DNA of 64,000 nt from Dehalococcoidia bacterium (GTDB lineage: Bacteria; Chloroflexota; Dehalococcoidia; Lucifugimonadales; Australimonadaceae), in assembly GCA_965242755.1 (NCBI GenBank), contig OZ251500.1:3055415-3119414 (forward strand). Direction: 5' to 3'. The notes below the pieces were generated by a model. That model was not told the origin of the DNA. It did no database searches and saw only the letters and a program-made list of their open reading frames with translations. A program made the position numbers and the translations under genes. Numbering within the stretch: the first letter of the stretch is position 1; every line of letters starts with the position of its first letter. Positions 59,237-64,000 of the stretch are shown here, in pieces.

Positions 59237-61486
59237 TTACGATCCGCGGAGCGCCTGGTAGACCTTCTCGGCGGTCACCGGGAGGTCGCGGACGCGGACG
59301 CCTACGGCGTCGGCGACGGCGTTCGCTATCGCCGGGGCCGTCTGCGAGTTGGACTGCTCGCCGATGCCCTTGATCCGGTACGGGCCCCATCCGCCGCCCT
59401 CCTCCTCGGGCAGGATCGCCGTCCGCAACTCCGGCAGGTCGGCCATCGTCGGAATCTTGTAGTCGGCGAAGGATGCAGTGGTCACGCGCCCGTCCTCGAC
59501 GGTCAGTTCCTCCTGCAGGCCGAAGCCGAGCCCCTGGACGAGGCCGCCGTTGATCTGCCCCTGGTGGCCGATGGGGTTGAGGATTTTGCCGGTGTCGTGA
59601 GCGGTGGTCATCGTCAGGAGTTTCACCTGGCCGGTCTCGCGGTCGACGGCGACCTCGGCGATTTGCGCGGTGAACGCGGTGTAGGGATTGCTGGCGGTGT
59701 CCTGCACGTCGCCCTTTCCGGTGATGGGCGCGCCGACGCGCTCCGCGAGCGACGCCCAAGCGACGGCCTCGCCGGAGTCCGTCCGTCGGAGCGTCTCGCC
59801 GTCAACCTCCAGCCCGTCCTCCGGCCATCCGAGGATGTCGGCGGCGAGTTTGAAGAGTTCGGCTTTCGCTGCCTGCGCCGCGTCCCAGACCGCCGCGCTC
59901 GCCATGCGGGTTACGCGCGCGCCCCCAATGCCGGAGTCGAACGCCGCGCTCGCGGTGTCCCAGACGGCGACGCTGACCTTCTCGATGGGCAGGCGGAGTT
60001 CGTCGGCGACGATCTGCTGCATCACGGTGTAGGAGCCGGTGCCCTGCTCGAAGACGGACGTGTTGACGATGACGGAGCCGCCGGCGTTGAGCGTTACGGC
60101 GGCGTGAGTCTCGCCGCCGGCCTGCACGCGCTCGCCGATGGCGACGCCTCTGCCGTAGGCGAGGCGCCCGTCGGAGGGCAGGGGGTCGGCGTAGCGGGCG
60201 GCCTCGAGCGCGGCGTCGAGCGTTTCGACGGAGCGCACCTGCCGGAACACCGTGCCCAGCGAGTCTGCCTCCCCTTCGATCACGAGGTTCTTGCGGCGCA
60301 GTTCCACGGGGCTCATCCCCAGTTCGGCGGCGAGGCAGTCCATTTGGGACTCGACGGCGAACATCGCCTGCGGCTCGCCGGGGCCGCGCATATAGCCGCA
60401 GGGGACATTGTTGGTGTAGACCTGGTGCTCGACGATGCGCGTGTTGGGGGCGCGGTAGGGGCCGGCCGCCGCGCTCGCGCCGCCGAGGTGCCCGCCGGGC
60501 TTGAATCCGGCGTAGGCGCCGCTGTCGTACTCGACGAGCGCCTCGTGGGCGACGATCGTTCCGTCGCGCTTCGCGCCCGTCCGCATCGTGACGCGCGATG
60601 CGTGGCGCGGGTTGGCGGACGCTAGGTCCTCCGCGTAGTCGAAGACGATTTTGACGGGCCTGCCCGCGCGTCGCGAGAGCATCCACGCGGCGGGAATCGC
60701 CATCGCGGAGCCCTTGCCGCCGAAGTCGCCGCCGATGGTGACGGGGTTGAACACCACGTCGGCGGCGTCCGCGCCGATGGCCGCCGCGACCATCCGCTTG
60801 CCCGGGTGCGGCGACTTGTTGCCCGCCCACACGTCCACTTTGCCGGAGGGATGCGCGACCACGAGGCAGGTGTGGGGCTCGAGGTACGCCTGATGCTGGC
60901 GCGGCGTGGTGAAGACGTTCTCGACGACGACATCGGCCTCCTCCATGCCCGCGTCCGCGTCCCCTTTCGCCCACTCCCAGACGGTGTAGACGTTGCTCGG
61001 CTCCGTCACCTCTTTCGGATAGCCCTTGATCTCCAGCATATCCTCGTGGACGAGGGGCGCGCCCTCCGCCTTCGCCTCGTCCATTGAGAGGACGGCGGGA
61101 ATCTCCTCGTAGTCCACGGCGATGAGTTCGAGGGCGCGCTGGGCGGTCTCCTCGTCGTCGGCGGCGACGGCGGCGACCTGCTCGCCGATGAATCGGGCGA
61201 CGCCTTGCGCGAGGACGGGGATGTCGAGGACGGCGCGTCCGTGCCTCGCGCCGGGGCGGATGTCGTCGCCGGTGACGACGGCGCGGACGCCGGGCAGCCG
61301 CAAGGCGGCGGATGCGTCGATGGAGCGGATTCGGGCGTGGGGATAGGGGGAGCGGAGCGTTTTGCCGAAGAGGGCGCCGTCGAGTTGGACGTCGGCGGTG
61401 TAGGCGGCGCGTCCGGTGGTTTTGTCCACGCCGTCGACGCGGGGCGTGGGCGCGCCGACGGCGCGTTCAGGGGGCTGGACGGTCAT
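59237..61486 (-). CDS. Xanthine dehydrogenase-family molybdopterin-binding subunit
   Basis: RSPYPHARI, QAYLEP, IGGDFGGK, MRGPG, GQINGG and KGIGE. Confidence 0.92.
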   Translation of the reverse strand: MTVQPPERAVGAPTPRVDGVDKTTGRAAYTADVQLDGALFGKTLRSPYPHARIRSIDASAALRLPGVRAVVTGDDIRPGARHGRAVLDIPVLAQGVARFIGEQVAAVAADDEETAQRALELIAVDYEEIPAVLSMDEAKAEGAPLVHEDMLEIKGYPKEVTEPSNVYTVWEWAKGDADAGMEEADVVVENVFTTPRQHQAYLEPHTCLVVAHPSGKVDVWAGNKSPHPGKRMVAAAIGADAADVVFNPVTIGGDFGGKGSAMAIPAAWMLSRRAGRPVKIVFDYAEDLASANPRHASRVTMRTGAKRDGTIVAHEALVEYDSGAYAGFKPGGHLGGASAAAGPYRAPNTRIVEHQVYTNNVPCGYMRGPGEPQAMFAVESQMDCLAAELGMSPVELRRKNLVIEGEADSLGTVFRQVRSVETLDAALEAARYADPLPSDGRLAYGRGVAIGERVQAGGETHAAVTLNAGGSVIVNTSVFEQGTGSYTVMQQIVADELRLPIEKVSVAVWDTASAAFDSGIGGARVTRMASAAVWDAAQAAKAELFKLAADILGWPEDGLEVDGETLRRTDSGEAVAWASLAERVGAPITGKGDVQDTASNPYTAFTAQIAEVAVDRETGQVKLLTMTTAHDTGKILNPIGHQGQINGGLVQGLGFGLQEELTVEDGRVTTASFADYKIPTMADLPELRTAILPEEEGGGWGPYRIKGIGEQSNSQTAPAIANAVADAVGVRVRDLPVTAEKVYQALRGS

Positions 61487-61560
61487 TCAGCGAACTCCAA
61501 GCGTGGGCGAGGTTGGGGAGAGAGGATAGCACGGGGTCCTCCTCCCCCGCCATCCCCCTA

Positions 61561-61590
61561 TTGACAACCGCCCCCCGACCCCCTTACTAT
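61561..61590 (+). promoter_or_regulatory. Sigma70 promoter of groESL
   Basis: TTGACA-N18-TACTAT. Confidence 0.8.
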
Positions 61591-61600
61591 GCGCGTTGGA

Positions 61601-61627
61601 TTAGCAGTCGCCCCCTTTGACTGCTAA
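61601..61627 (+). promoter_or_regulatory. CIRCE element (HrcA operator)
   Basis: TTAGCAGTC-N9-GACTGCTAA, a symmetric one-base variant of TTAGCACTC-N9-GAGTGCTAA, upstream of groES. Confidence 0.92.
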
Positions 61628-61684
61628 CAGACCAACGGAGCGAGCGCCAGCGATTGCGCTCGCCATCGCCGTAAGGAGGTAATC

Positions 61685-63660
<1,976 letters not shown>

Positions 63661-63696
63661 TCCGCCGGGCGTCGCCTCCCTATCTGGTAGACAACG

Positions 63697-63730
63697 AAGA
63701 GCCCCCCGCCGTATGGCGGGGGGCTCTTTT
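63697..63730 (+). terminator. Rho-independent terminator after groEL
   Basis: AAGAGCCCCCCGCC-GTAT-GGCGGGGGGCTCTTTT. Confidence 0.85.
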
Positions 63731-63773
63731 GCTTGGGGGCCTAGTAAAGCGCCGCCGGAGCGAAAGCGCGACC

Positions 63774-64000
63774 CTACCCCGCCGCCGGCTCTTGCAGCGC
63801 TTGAATGAGTTGCAGGAGCGCGGCGGTTACGGCGCGGTTGCGGACGAGCGGTCTGCGCGAGGGGAACTCGTGACGCGACACCGTCGCCGCGTCCGGCGTC
63901 GCGACGCCGATGAACACCGTGCCCGCCTTCACGCCGCCCTGATCGCCCGGCCCCGCGACTCCGGTGACGCTGACTCCGCAGTCGGCGCCGAACGTTCGGC
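63774..64000 (-). CDS. cinA: CinA/PncC (NMN deamidase) C-terminal part, partial
   Basis: Manual translation RTFGADCGVSVTGVAGPG...GTVFIGV...VRNRAVTAAL. Confidence 0.8.
   Translation of the reverse strand, partial: RTFGADCGVSVTGVAGPGDQGGVKAGTVFIGVATPDAATVSRHEFPSRRPLVRNRAVTAALLQLIQALQEPAAG

Overview
High-GC bacterial chromosome segment. By inference it is Chloroflexota, probably Dehalococcoidia/SAR202-like, based on the DUF2298/TIGR03663 glycosylation cluster and overall gene content. Family assignments come from motif recognition only; no database search was run. The core backbone carries pccB-like, ribD, coaE, menB, prfA, ftsY, hisS, icd-like, mdh, a complete F1Fo ATP synthase operon, CIRCE-controlled groES-groEL and a partial cinA. 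This backbone is repeatedly interrupted by small defence-like cargo: a type II R-M pair, Fic, an MTase-HNH fusion, HNH, HEPN/PaREP1, SIR2-STAND, AAA+DUF4276, PRTase+DprA and an HsdR-N-like nuclease. Three of these inserts lie inside the atp operon. Several inserts are bracketed by direct repeats copied from the neighbouring gene end (26, 30, ~68 and ~640 bp), the shorter ones abut REP-like hairpins, and none encodes an integrase. Other notable items are a 7-blade FG-GAP propeller inserted in a DUF2298 membrane protein, an HTH gene preceded by eight helically phased GTCTC repeats within a G3-depleted patch, mosaics of REP hairpins with IS5-like MITE ends, a defective IS481, and two genes broken by single in-frame TAG codons.
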